NCBI GenBank assembly: GCA_039024555.1
Contig: JBCCQQ010000012.1
Location: forward strand, 41,347-105,346
Direction: 5' to 3'
Length of the DNA: 64,000 bases
DNA from: Cyanobacteria bacterium P01_D01_bin.156
GTDB taxonomy: Bacteria; Cyanobacteriota; Cyanobacteriia; Phormidesmidales; Phormidesmidaceae
The notes below the pieces were generated by a model. It had not been told where the DNA came from. It worked only from the letters and a program-made list of their open reading frames with translations, and did no database searches. The translations under genes and the position numbers were made by a program. Positions 9,004 to 19,302 of the stretch are shown in pieces. Numbering within the stretch: position 1 is the stretch's first letter; every line of letters starts with the position of its first letter.

Positions 9004-12000
9004 TTATTGAGAGAATGTAGGAGATAGGTTTGCAGTCGGGGTCGCGGTACAGCGCTGAGCCAGCCGTGTTTCAACCGGGTCAGCCGCTGAGATCGGGGCA
9101 TGTAGATAGAGACGCCCATCGGCAGATCGTTGCCAACTTTGGGGCTCAATGATGCGATCAGGCGTGCGATCGGAAGATAATTCAGACGGGACTGTGGTCA
9201 TGACTTCATCAGTCTCCTCCTGGGAGGTAGGTTGAACCTGCTGTGGCCCCAGATCGTCTAACAGTGAGTCTGCTTCTAAATGCTGTTCAGGCGTTAGCGG
9301 TAGTCCACCTCGACCAACAACCGTAAACTGGCTGGGTGTAGTATCTCCTTGGTTTTGTTGATTGGCTAAAAGGTCACAGCGCTGATCAATCAGGCTGGTC
9401 GGGTCAATCAGATCGAGGGGCAGCTCGTTTAAGCCTTCGTCAGTGACCAGGGTAGGCAAAGACACCGTCCCAGACTGCCCCCCGGCAGAGTCGGCTGAGA
9501 TATCGACCCGACCATTGCCTCGAAATGGAGCGAAGCTCCCCGGATTACGACCCACCGGGGTGGCCTGACCGCTCTCAAATAAGTTTGCCAAAAAAGCAGG
9601 CGAGTTGATATTGATAGTTCCACCGGGACCAAATTCTGCATTGGCTAAAATGTCACTGTCTTCGATCACCACAAAAGCATTTGCGTTGATAGTGATATCG
9701 CCACCCCCACCCGTGCCATCAAAGACGCTGCTGCTGATTAAACTACTGTTTCTCAGCAAAATGTTCTGGGCACTCAGGTTTACCCCACTGCCAATACCAG
9801 AGTCCGAGCTGGCTGAGAATTCTCCGCCGTTGGCTTCTAATAGCCCATCTACATTGACTTCCACATCCCCAGCAAAGCCGCTCCCCTCAGAGCGACTAAT
9901 CACCTGTCCCGAACGCTGCAACAGAAAATCATTTGCCTGGATGTCAATTGGGCCACCGTTGGCCCCCCCCCGAGCAAAGGTAGAAATTTGAGCCCCGTCT
10001 TCGATGGTCAATTGCCCAGTATTCACACGAACTTCACCACTGGCCGCTCCATTCACCTGCCCACCGCTAAATGCAGAGATGCCACTGGGGAAAACCGTAA
10101 ACTCTTCAGCAATCGAGTCAAACGAAATTGTATTCGGGTTGCCTACTAGTTCTGCCAGTTGTTCCCGGCTAAGCGCATCTGTTGTGCCACTTAAACGAAT
10201 TGAGTTTGCCGCATTCACAATCACATTCCCCCCAGCCGCAAATCCCAAGGTAGATGCCTCAATCCGGCCACCGTCTTCTATGACTAAATCTCGTGTATTG
10301 ACAATCAGCGTGCCGCCTTCAGCTGCCCCAAATGTGCCCGCCGACAGCCCCCCCACCTGGGTGTCATCGGCGCTCAAAATCTCGACAGACTCCGACGCAT
10401 TGACCGTCAGGGTGCCGCTCTGGCCAGAGCTGTTAAAGCCATTTGAGGCAGAAATCTCACCATTGCGAGTGATCAGCCTGCGGGTATTGATAGTCAAATC
10501 ACCAGCCGCTCCCGCAGAGGGGAAAAAAGTACTCAGGTCAATATCGACAGTCCCATTGTCGGTTGTGATTCTACTGCCGCCTTCAACACTGACCACATCT
10601 GCGCCCCGGACGGTCAGGTTACCCGCATCGCCCCCACTAACGGAGCCCGTCGTGATTAAAGAAGCGTCTTGTAATCGGATACGGTCTGCAACCAGGGTTA
10701 AATCCCCCCCGTCTGCGGTCTCAGTGACAAAGGAAGCGTTAGAAATTTGGGCTCCGTTAATCAAATCAACTGTGTTGGCGGTGATATTGACATCGCCCCC
10801 ATCTTCGCTACCTGCAACACTACCGCTGATCAGCCCAAAATCAGACACTTGTAGTTGATCAACCTCAATAGAGATGTCACCGCCTCTGCCGTCTGCGACC
10901 CCATCCGTGCCTGCATACAGACCACTGCGACTACCCACAACCCGAATCTCGTCCGGATTGACATCTGGGAACTGTCTAAAGCCAACCACGGGGCTATCAA
11001 TCACGGTAAAATCAATGCCAATCGCATCATCTGCGGCCTCTAAGACCACATCTGTGACATTGCTCGTGTTGACATTGCTGAACAATCGTCCACCTGTGGC
11101 ATTAACGATGGCTGAAGCCTGTCCGTTTGTATCAATGCCCCTACCAGGTCCCTGGGTATTGATCGCCGCTACGGTAATCTCATTGTCGACCAAACTGGTG
11201 ACTGCTTCATCCAGATCTACTGTTGTGGTGTGAGAGCTGGCATCGCCGAACCACATAACCACCCGTCTGGCATCCGGACGCCATCCTGTGTCTTGATTTG
11301 TGGCAATACCTGGATCAGTAGTGCCCACACCATCAGTTGAAGTGCCTGAGGTTGCTACCTGATGAAGGGCAAAAAAGTTGGCTTCTGGAAAGTCACCTCC
11401 CCCGGTAGGTCGCCATTGCTCAATAGCTGTTTGAGCCTGCTCTTGACTCGGAGAAATTGTTTGGAGAAGTCCATATGAAGATGTAGGGGCCAAGCCTTCT
11501 CTCGGATCACCATTATATTGCCCAACGCCAAAAGCAATATCTAATCCTACGAAGCGTTGATCGGCCCCAGAAATTCTGTCTAAAAGACTGATAGCACTGT
11601 TTTCAACTGCGCCTAGAATCCCGCTCATGCTGGTTGTATTATCTGCTAAGAAAAATACATCTACCACTCCTGTGGCCGGATTGTCTGGATCACCAATCGG
11701 TATGGTTTTATCCACAGACTCCCCTGAGATCAACAGGCGGTCTGTGATGTCTAGATTAATGCTACCCGCGTCACCATCTCCAAGAGAGGCCGTCACAACA
11801 GCCCCGCCATCGGTCAAGGTTAAGGCGCGGGCATTAATATTCACATCACCAGAGTTACCACTGCCCCCCGGATAGACGCTGTTGACAATGCTGCTATTAG
11901 ACCCTGAGCCAGCACCGTCTAACAGGACACTGCCCACCACATCCAAATTAATATCACCTGTATTACCCTGGCCTCGAACGGCATTGTAAATGCCTGCGCC

Positions 12001-13752
12001 GTTCGTGATAAATAGATTATTGGCCTGGATATTGGTATCGCCGCCGTTTGCAATAGCGCCTCGCTCTACTAAATTGAGAATGCGGGTATTGGTACCCGCC
12101 ATCCTCAAGTCACCAGCAATATCTAACGTAATGGTGCCGCCATCACCCAATCCCAACGCGCTGGTTTCAATCTGAGCACGGTTTCCTAGTGAGAGCCCGC
12201 TGGCCTGAATCTCAACATCGCCGCTGCGACCTGCTGAGAGGCTGCGGGCCTGAACCAGTGACCTATCGCCAATCGCAACGTTACCATCAGCCAAAAGGGT
12301 AATATCCCCGGCTCGATTAGGCGAAGTTGAGCTGTTATCGGCCTGGATGACGCTGCCTGCTGGAATGATGATTTGACCGCTAGAATCAACAATCAAATCA
12401 CCACTGCCCTCCTCCGTACTTAAATTAATCGAGCCCAGCGTGATATTGCCCTGAGCCCCGTTTGACTGAGACTGGTTAGTGAGCAAAACCAGACCATTCG
12501 CCTCATTCATTTGGACTTGCCCAACAGAAATATCAGCGCTAGTAGTATTGCCATCAAAGGCAAGGCCATTTGGCCCAGGCGTACCTGATACGCCCAGTGG
12601 AAAGCTAGATGTTGACTGAGTACCCGCGCGAATATCTAGAACAGGACGGGCACTACCATCCACTTCAACTCGATCAACACCCGCTGAGGTAGCTCTGGAC
12701 AAGAAAACAGTTTCACTCAGAAAATTACCTGTGGTCTCAGGGCCGGTAATCGTCACCTCGCCCACATTGACAGACCCACCCGCCAGAATATGTAGTGATG
12801 CCCCTGTATAGTCATCAAAGCTAACATTGCCAGTGCTACGAATAACAGGGTCAACTGGGCTGACCAGGCTACTCAACTCACCATTTAACTGTTCGACTCT
12901 GAAATCACCCCCATTAGAAAAGTGAGCATCACCAATGACTGGGTTGGCCGATCTCAGGATCAAATCTTCACCAGCAAACAAGCCACTATCGGCATGGTTG
13001 AGAGCAAAAATATCAACGGCTTGATCTCCTTGCACCAACACATCTCCGGCTGCGGCAACAATCAAGGGTTGAGCTTCGCTATCTCGAATTTGAACCGTAT
13101 CGTTGGCTTGCAGGGTAAGGTTAGCCCCCGCTAGAACTGAACCCTGAAGGGTGAGCGTATCAGCACTGAGGGTTAGGTCTGCACCAGTTTGTAAGTTACC
13201 CGCATTCAGAATTTCACCTCGCTGGGCCGCACTGTATTGCAAACCAGGCGTCAGAGTCACTGCCAGCAGCGGCGGCGCAGCCGGATCTACGGCACTGTAG
13301 CGCATCCCCGCCCCCAGCTCAAATGCCTCAGCTGTGCTGGCGAAGAAAGAACCGGTAATATCGAGCTGGGCGTCAGGGCCAAAGACAATGCCATTGGGGT
13401 TAAGCAAGAACAAATTGGCAGTGCCGTCTACCCCCAATGTGCCCAGGATAGCGGACGAATTACCCCCGGTGACCCGGCTGAGAATGTTTTCAATGCCAGC
13501 CGGGTTTGCGAAATAAACCCGTTGCAGGTCAGCCACATTAAAGTCTGCAAAACTATGGAACAGGTTAGCCCCTCGGGTTGCGCCTCCCTCAATCAGCTCG
13601 GCAGGCAACCCGCGAACAGTCGCATCTTCCCTAACCCGAGAAGCTTCGCCCCCCAGCGTATTGTCCGGAGTAATTTGAGCTTGAGTCGTTTTAGCACCCC
13701 CCACTAGAATAGCCACCGTCAGAAAAATAATTCGAAGTTTAGAAGTAATCAT
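9004..13752 (-). CDS. Filamentous haemagglutinin-family TpsA exoprotein with inserted vWA domain
   Basis: TPS secretion domain (NLFHSF, NILSRVTG, LFLLNPNGIVFG); G-x-I-x-I beta-helix repeats; internal DVFFLADNTTSM...GGGDFPEA...WRPDARRVVMWFGDA vWA-like block; C-terminal FTVVGRGGLP tail. Confidence 0.93.
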   Translation of the reverse strand: MITSKLRIIFLTVAILVGGAKTTQAQITPDNTLGGEASRVREDATVRGLPAELIEGGATRGANLFHSFADFNVADLQRVYFANPAGIENILSRVTGGNSSAILGTLGVDGTANLFLLNPNGIVFGPDAQLDITGSFFASTAEAFELGAGMRYSAVDPAAPPLLAVTLTPGLQYSAAQRGEILNAGNLQTGADLTLSADTLTLQGSVLAGANLTLQANDTVQIRDSEAQPLIVAAAGDVLVQGDQAVDIFALNHADSGLFAGEDLILRSANPVIGDAHFSNGGDFRVEQLNGELSSLVSPVDPVIRSTGNVSFDDYTGASLHILAGGSVNVGEVTITGPETTGNFLSETVFLSRATSAGVDRVEVDGSARPVLDIRAGTQSTSSFPLGVSGTPGPNGLAFDGNTTSADISVGQVQMNEANGLVLLTNQSQSNGAQGNITLGSINLSTEEGSGDLIVDSSGQIIIPAGSVIQADNSSTSPNRAGDITLLADGNVAIGDRSLVQARSLSAGRSGDVEIQASGLSLGNRAQIETSALGLGDGGTITLDIAGDLRMAGTNTRILNLVERGAIANGGDTNIQANNLFITNGAGIYNAVRGQGNTGDINLDVVGSVLLDGAGSGSNSSIVNSVYPGGSGNSGDVNINARALTLTDGGAVVTASLGDGDAGSINLDITDRLLISGESVDKTIPIGDPDNPATGVVDVFFLADNTTSMSGILGAVENSAISLLDRISGADQRFVGLDIAFGVGQYNGDPREGLAPTSSYGLLQTISPSQEQAQTAIEQWRPTGGGDFPEANFFALHQVATSGTSTDGVGTTDPGIATNQDTGWRPDARRVVMWFGDASSHTTTVDLDEAVTSLVDNEITVAAINTQGPGRGIDTNGQASAIVNATGGRLFSNVNTSNVTDVVLEAADDAIGIDFTVIDSPVVGFRQFPDVNPDEIRVVGSRSGLYAGTDGVADGRGGDISIEVDQLQVSDFGLISGSVAGSEDGGDVNITANTVDLINGAQISNASFVTETADGGDLTLVADRIRLQDASLITTGSVSGGDAGNLTVRGADVVSVEGGSRITTDNGTVDIDLSTFFPSAGAAGDLTINTRRLITRNGEISASNGFNSSGQSGTLTVNASESVEILSADDTQVGGLSAGTFGAAEGGTLIVNTRDLVIEDGGRIEASTLGFAAGGNVIVNAANSIRLSGTTDALSREQLAELVGNPNTISFDSIAEEFTVFPSGISAFSGGQVNGAASGEVRVNTGQLTIEDGAQISTFARGGANGGPIDIQANDFLLQRSGQVISRSEGSGFAGDVEVNVDGLLEANGGEFSASSDSGIGSGVNLSAQNILLRNSSLISSSVFDGTGGGGDITINANAFVVIEDSDILANAEFGPGGTININSPAFLANLFESGQATPVGRNPGSFAPFRGNGRVDISADSAGGQSGTVSLPTLVTDEGLNELPLDLIDPTSLIDQRCDLLANQQNQGDTTPSQFTVVGRGGLPLTPEQHLEADSLLDDLGPQQVQPTSQEETDEVMTTVPSELSSDRTPDRIIEPQSWQRSADGRLYLHAPISAADPVETRLAQRCTATPTANLSPTFSQ

Positions 13753-13870
13753 AAAACTGCTTACAACGCTAGGAAATCATCAGAGTTGGAAGCAGATGCA
13801 CCTGTAAAAGAAATATATCTACACCGTTAGAACATATTCAAACCAAGCAACTTTTAACAAAACAAAATAT

Positions 13871-13913
13871 CCCCTTCCCCCTTTCCCCTTTCCCCCCTTA
13901 CCCTAATCTCTCC
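13871..13913. repeat. Pyrimidine-rich degenerate heptamer repeats (STRR-like) between the two tpsA genes
   Basis: ccccttc ccctttc ccctttc cccctta ccctaat. Confidence 0.55.
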
Positions 13914-13915
13914 AC

Positions 13916-16900
13916 TCACCCCTCCATACCTCCGCTGGCTAAAGAACCACAACTGGCATCTAACTGAACAGACGCTGTGGTTGAAGCAGGTGCGGCATAA
14001 AGCACCAGCCGTCCCTCCGGCGTGCGAGTCCATCCTTGGGGCTCTGAGATAATATCTACAGGGCTTGAGTCAGCATGGATTGCAGTTTGAGGACTTCCGG
14101 TTTCTTGATAAGCTGCATCACCTTCAATGACAGGTCCCAGATCTTCAATCAACCTTTCTTCACTCAGGTTTTCACCAGGGGTAGTTGGCAAGCCACCGCG
14201 ACCCACGACCGTAAATTCGTTAGCCACTTCGCTGCCACGATTTGCTGCCAGCAGGTCACAGCGTCGATCGACCAGACTGGCTGGATCTCTGATATCCAGC
14301 TCAGGAACTTCTTGGAGAAACTCTATCGTTGAAGATGCTGCAACGGTGCCATCTACACCTAACTCGGCAGTGGCATCTAAATCACTCTGAGGTGTGCGGC
14401 CCGATTGGAGATTAAACATCGAAGACAACTCTAAGCCTACGATGCTTTCCAAATCGTTATTGGCAATCAATCTAACGTTACCTGCATTGTTAAGTCCCTC
14501 AGCGCTGGCCACAATGTCACTGTTATCATCGAGGCTGGCAAAGATACCACTTAACCGAATTGTAATGTTACCAGCTTCAGCCCTTCTTTGCTCTGGTGTT
14601 GCATCGGAACGGGCACGTGCAATTGCAGTAATCGAATTACAAGTTGAACATTCGCTATTCTCAAATGAATCATTAATAGGTGGATTAGGGTCAGTACGTC
14701 GTAACGATAAACCACCAATATCAAGATTAATGTTGGCGTTCTCACCTGAGTCGGTCTCAGCTCGAATGACCCCACCATTCAGCAGCTCAATGCCACTTGC
14801 ATTGACAAAAATATTGCCAGGATTTCCTAAATTATCGAAGTTGAATTGGTCTAATATTTCTTGTGTTGTTTCACTGTTATTGGTAGGTAATCCATCAACG
14901 GCAATCCGACCACCAGTATCTAGAAAAAGTGTATCTTCGATATTGAGAGTAACATCGCCAGCGTTGTTCTGATTCTGTGTGAGCGCAGCAACCTCTCCGC
15001 CTTCGCTAATGCGCATAGTTGTGGCATAGACGTTAATATCACCCGCGTCTCCACCAGCTTCTGGGCCTGTGTCTACCCGCAATCCACTTCGAAACCCCTC
15101 AAGGAGAAGAAGTTGAGTCGGATTAAATGGATCGACAAAACTAGCACCAGTTTCATTACGGCTTCTACCTGATATTGAAATAGACTCAACTGGTTTCTCG
15201 ATACTACCTACTGTAATTGTGCCGCCTTGACCTTGACCGCCTGGTATCCTCCCTTGAGGATTATCCTGAGATGGAAATACACTTGCTAAGGCCTGCCCAC
15301 CATTTGTCATATTAATTGTGCGTGCATTTAGACTGATTGCGCCACCGTCGCCTTCTCCTCCTGTTTCTACAGTTGTGCGAATAGTACTAAAATCAACTGA
15401 AATAGCTTCTTCCGCGTTGACAGTAATGTCACCAGCATTCCCAAATCCAAACGTACCAGCAGCGATTGTGCTGAAGTCGTTCATACTCAAAGAACGTGCG
15501 CTAATACGAATATCACCACCTTCTACACGTTCGTTGTTTATAAGTAAAGGTTGTCCAGGCACTAATACTTTACCTGCGCTATTCGCAACTTGACTTACAA
15601 TACTGCTAGAGAGTGGAAAATTGTTACCTTGAAAAGGTAATTCTGTAATGCCGGAGAGAATAACATTTTCAGCAACCTCAATATCGATGGAACCACCATT
15701 GCCAGAACCAAACGTATCAGAGCTAATTTGTCCACCGTTAGTTAACTGTAGATTGCCTTCAGAGCTACGGACGATAATATCACCGCTACCATTACTAAAA
15801 AAGGATGTCTGAGCCTGTAAACCACTATTTGGCAAGACTGTTCCTGTCGCGAATTGTGTAAGCTCTTGGGCTAGCAAGCCAGCGGTTGCAAGATCAAAGC
15901 CTCTAGCTAGGAAAAATCCCCCGTATATATTTAGAATAAAATTGAAGCGATTATAGAAGTCAGGGTCAATTTCATCAATATTCACGTCCTCTACCGTAGT
16001 AAGAGATATGTTTCCTGCAGAACCTGTTCCATAGGAGGCGGTAACTACTTGGCCTCCTGTGCGTAGATTTACCCTATCAGCATTTACAGCGATATCTCCT
16101 GCTGATGCAGCACTTCGAGAACGTGCGTTGAGAGTCCCTGCGTTCTCAACAGTTAGTTCTCTTGTGGTAACATCAATTAACCCACCGTCTCCACTATTGA
16201 GAGATGGGTCAACATTTGGCTGAGGTAAAGCAGGGGGTTCAGTACTCACGTAAAACCCGCTAGAAAATCCTCCATCTAAGGTTCCATCTTCATTAATGAA
16301 GATAAGATTGCCATTCGTGTCGCGGCGTTCAAAAGATGCTCCTCCACTGATATTAACTGACTCACTGGCATCAACATTGATCGTGCCAGCATTCCCTGAA
16401 CCCTGTGTTAAGGTCAAAACCAAGCCACCATCAAGTAAAGAAAGTGAGCGGACATCAAAATTAACGTTTCCACTATCCCCAGGGCCTATACCAAATGTAT
16501 TTGTTGCAATTCTTCCACCATTAGTGAGCGATACACGAGCAGATGGCGACAAAATGTTAATATCTTGTGCTGACTGCGAGCCCTGGGTATTAGAAAAGAG
16601 ACCACTAAAAGGGCCTTGATTTATGATGATATCATCTACCTGCTCGTTTGCAGGTGTATTTGGTGGAGGATTTAAAATCCTATTCCTGACGTCTTCCAAA
16701 CGTTGATAGTAATTAATATCCCTTCCGTCAATTACAATTTCTTCATTGACGCGAAGCGTAATTTCTCCACTTGCCCCTAGTCCCAGAGTGGGTGTAAAAG
16801 TTTGACCGCTATTAGTCAATACTTGCCCACCGTTTCGAGCAGAAAAACGCTCAGCTACGATTTCAATATCTCCACCATCTCCGGAGTCAAATGTAGCTGC

Positions 16901-19186
16901 TGCGACTATTGCACCATCAGAAATAGAAAAATCTCCTGTGGTTATTGTAATATTTCCACCATTACCCAGTGCACCTCGTTCTGTTAGGGTTAGTAACCCA
17001 CTTGAAAATCCTTGACTGGTAGTGCCGCGTATAGATACAGATTGCGGCATATTAACAATAATCTCTCCTCCCTGTCCACGTCCACCGGGGAAAGGAACAC
17101 TACCTAACTGAATTTCTCTAAAGAGTGCTGCAAGTATTTGAGAATCCTCGACAATAAGCCGTTGGCCATTAACAGAAACCCTGGAAGCTATTCCTTCACC
17201 TCCAGGCTCAATCAATCCTCTTATCTGTGCCTCATTGGTCAGTGAAACAAGATCATTTACATTGATAGTAATGTTGCCCGGATTGGCAGATGCTTTGAGC
17301 GCAGCCGGGTTGCCTAAGAGTGAACCAGGATTGCCTGATAGGGTAATAAATGGAGTAGTGCTGGTAGCAACAATTGCATTGTTGCTGATGGAAAGAGAAT
17401 CGCTGTTAATGATTACAGTTCCACCATTTTCACCAGGCCTTTGACCAACGCTATAGCTAGCAACGCCTCCATTGAGGATATCAGGTAGTAACGGATCACC
17501 CAGGCCATTGATATTTACGTTACCTTGACTCTCTAGCAAAATATTGCCACCGAGCGCTCCAGCAGAATTGATAAATGCACCTGGCAAGATATTAATATCA
17601 CCATTAGCTCTGAAGGCTATATCACCACCAACTCCCAAGGGGATATTGCCTAGGAAAGCAGGTGGATCTGCATTAACACCTCCCTCAACAATGATTTCCC
17701 CAGTAGATCGAACTTCAATATCACCGCCATTTAAAAAATCACCATTAATAATAGCTTTCCCCTGTAGTAGTCCAGCTGTCTGACTTGGAATTAGTCGAAT
17801 GTCTCCTGGATCTTCGTTTTGATAACGATTTGTTAGAAAAACAAGCCCTGAAATAGGTGTTGCTGGACCATTAATTACATCAGAAGTTGCATCAGCGAAG
17901 AAAATTGTTCCAACCTCGATGTCCGCTCCTGTTGCATCTGTCAAAATAGGGGTTGGATTATTTGGTGAACCAATTCCGTCTACATCATCAGGTATGGGCA
18001 GATTTTCCCAATCGATACCTGCTCTAATATCTAAAGTAGGCTGACGTTTGCCATCAATTCCTTGGAATGAAACAACTGTCCCGTCTGCTAATTGGATACT
18101 ATTTTCAAATGTTAATTGGATATTAGAATCAACTTCACCATTACCTGGATCTGCACCTTGAATCCAGATGAAGCCTGGGATTCTAACACTACCACCAGCT
18201 AAGATATGTAGAGAGTTACCAGCATATGCAGCTAACGTTACATCACCATTGGCTCTGATGACTGGATCCTGAGGACTATTTAATTCGCCCAAATTGCCAT
18301 CTAGTGTCTCAACGGCAAAATTACCATTTGCAAAGTAATGAGCATCACCAATAACACTGTTATCTGACCTCAGAACTATATTAGCTCCTGAAAACAAACC
18401 ACTATCAGGATGATTGAGCGCAAAAATATCAACTAGTTCATTGCCCTGCACCAAAAGCGTATCACCTGCGGCAGCGATAAATGGCTGATCAACGCTGTCA
18501 CGAATTTGAACCGTATCCTGGGCTTGTAACGTGAGGTCGCTACCGGCTATTAGCTGACCCGAGAGATCCAGCATATCGCTAGCAAGTGTAAGACTTTGCC
18601 CAACTGAAAGCTCACCAGTATTTTGGATAGCTCGTTGGGTTGCACTATATTGCAACCCCGGTGTTAGCTTCACTGCCAACAGCGGCGGCACATCGGGATC
18701 AGCCACGCCATACTGCAACCCATTCCCAAAATCAAACGCCTCAGCGGTGCTAGCAAAGAAAGAACCTGTAATATCCAGCTGGGCATTAGGGCCAAAGACG
18801 ATGCCGTTGGGGTTGAGCAAAAACAAATTAGCGCCCCCGTCAACACCGAGGGTGCCTAACAAATTAGAAGGGTTTTCGCCCGTCACCCGGCTCAGGATAT
18901 TCTCAATGCCAGTCGGGTTAGCAAAGTAAACCCGCTGCAAGTCGGCAATATTAAAATCTGAAAAACTATGGAATATATTCGACCCGCGAACAGCCCCCCC
19001 TTCGATCAGATCGGCGGGCAACCCGCGAACGGCTGCATCCTCCGTAACGATCGAAGTCTCATTGCCCAGAGTGTTATCTGGAACAATTTGAGCCTGGGCA
19101 ACGGTTGAGCGGCCCAGAGGCAAAAGGACACATGTCAAAAACAGCGCAGCAGAATGCCTCTGCCTCATCAATAAAGCTGTTGCCAT
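13916..19186 (-). CDS. Filamentous haemagglutinin-family TpsA exoprotein (second paralogue)
   Basis: TPS domain very similar to that of 9004..13752 (NIFHSF, NILSRVTG, LFLLNPNGIVFG); beta-helix repeats; C-terminal RCDLLA...FTVVGRGGLP...EPQGW tail. Confidence 0.93.
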   Translation of the reverse strand: MATALLMRQRHSAALFLTCVLLPLGRSTVAQAQIVPDNTLGNETSIVTEDAAVRGLPADLIEGGAVRGSNIFHSFSDFNIADLQRVYFANPTGIENILSRVTGENPSNLLGTLGVDGGANLFLLNPNGIVFGPNAQLDITGSFFASTAEAFDFGNGLQYGVADPDVPPLLAVKLTPGLQYSATQRAIQNTGELSVGQSLTLASDMLDLSGQLIAGSDLTLQAQDTVQIRDSVDQPFIAAAGDTLLVQGNELVDIFALNHPDSGLFSGANIVLRSDNSVIGDAHYFANGNFAVETLDGNLGELNSPQDPVIRANGDVTLAAYAGNSLHILAGGSVRIPGFIWIQGADPGNGEVDSNIQLTFENSIQLADGTVVSFQGIDGKRQPTLDIRAGIDWENLPIPDDVDGIGSPNNPTPILTDATGADIEVGTIFFADATSDVINGPATPISGLVFLTNRYQNEDPGDIRLIPSQTAGLLQGKAIINGDFLNGGDIEVRSTGEIIVEGGVNADPPAFLGNIPLGVGGDIAFRANGDINILPGAFINSAGALGGNILLESQGNVNINGLGDPLLPDILNGGVASYSVGQRPGENGGTVIINSDSLSISNNAIVATSTTPFITLSGNPGSLLGNPAALKASANPGNITINVNDLVSLTNEAQIRGLIEPGGEGIASRVSVNGQRLIVEDSQILAALFREIQLGSVPFPGGRGQGGEIIVNMPQSVSIRGTTSQGFSSGLLTLTERGALGNGGNITITTGDFSISDGAIVAAATFDSGDGGDIEIVAERFSARNGGQVLTNSGQTFTPTLGLGASGEITLRVNEEIVIDGRDINYYQRLEDVRNRILNPPPNTPANEQVDDIIINQGPFSGLFSNTQGSQSAQDINILSPSARVSLTNGGRIATNTFGIGPGDSGNVNFDVRSLSLLDGGLVLTLTQGSGNAGTINVDASESVNISGGASFERRDTNGNLIFINEDGTLDGGFSSGFYVSTEPPALPQPNVDPSLNSGDGGLIDVTTRELTVENAGTLNARSRSAASAGDIAVNADRVNLRTGGQVVTASYGTGSAGNISLTTVEDVNIDEIDPDFYNRFNFILNIYGGFFLARGFDLATAGLLAQELTQFATGTVLPNSGLQAQTSFFSNGSGDIIVRSSEGNLQLTNGGQISSDTFGSGNGGSIDIEVAENVILSGITELPFQGNNFPLSSSIVSQVANSAGKVLVPGQPLLINNERVEGGDIRISARSLSMNDFSTIAAGTFGFGNAGDITVNAEEAISVDFSTIRTTVETGGEGDGGAISLNARTINMTNGGQALASVFPSQDNPQGRIPGGQGQGGTITVGSIEKPVESISISGRSRNETGASFVDPFNPTQLLLLEGFRSGLRVDTGPEAGGDAGDINVYATTMRISEGGEVAALTQNQNNAGDVTLNIEDTLFLDTGGRIAVDGLPTNNSETTQEILDQFNFDNLGNPGNIFVNASGIELLNGGVIRAETDSGENANINLDIGGLSLRRTDPNPPINDSFENSECSTCNSITAIARARSDATPEQRRAEAGNITIRLSGIFASLDDNSDIVASAEGLNNAGNVRLIANNDLESIVGLELSSMFNLQSGRTPQSDLDATAELGVDGTVAASSTIEFLQEVPELDIRDPASLVDRRCDLLAANRGSEVANEFTVVGRGGLPTTPGENLSEERLIEDLGPVIEGDAAYQETGSPQTAIHADSSPVDIISEPQGWTRTPEGRLVLYAAPASTTASVQLDASCGSLASGGMEG

Positions 19187-19302
19187 GATGCAACCTCACA
19201 AGTGAGAGATTCAGGATGTTCGTCAGTACTTACACGGAATATTATCATGAGACTTCGGGACAGTATTTTTAAGTTTACATAAAGAAAAACTGATGCAGTT
19301 TT

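Noticed and set aside
9429..18929. Many plus-strand ORFs rich in Pro/Ser/Leu, up to 284 aa
   Set aside because: Antisense shadows of the Gly/Asn-rich tpsA repeats.
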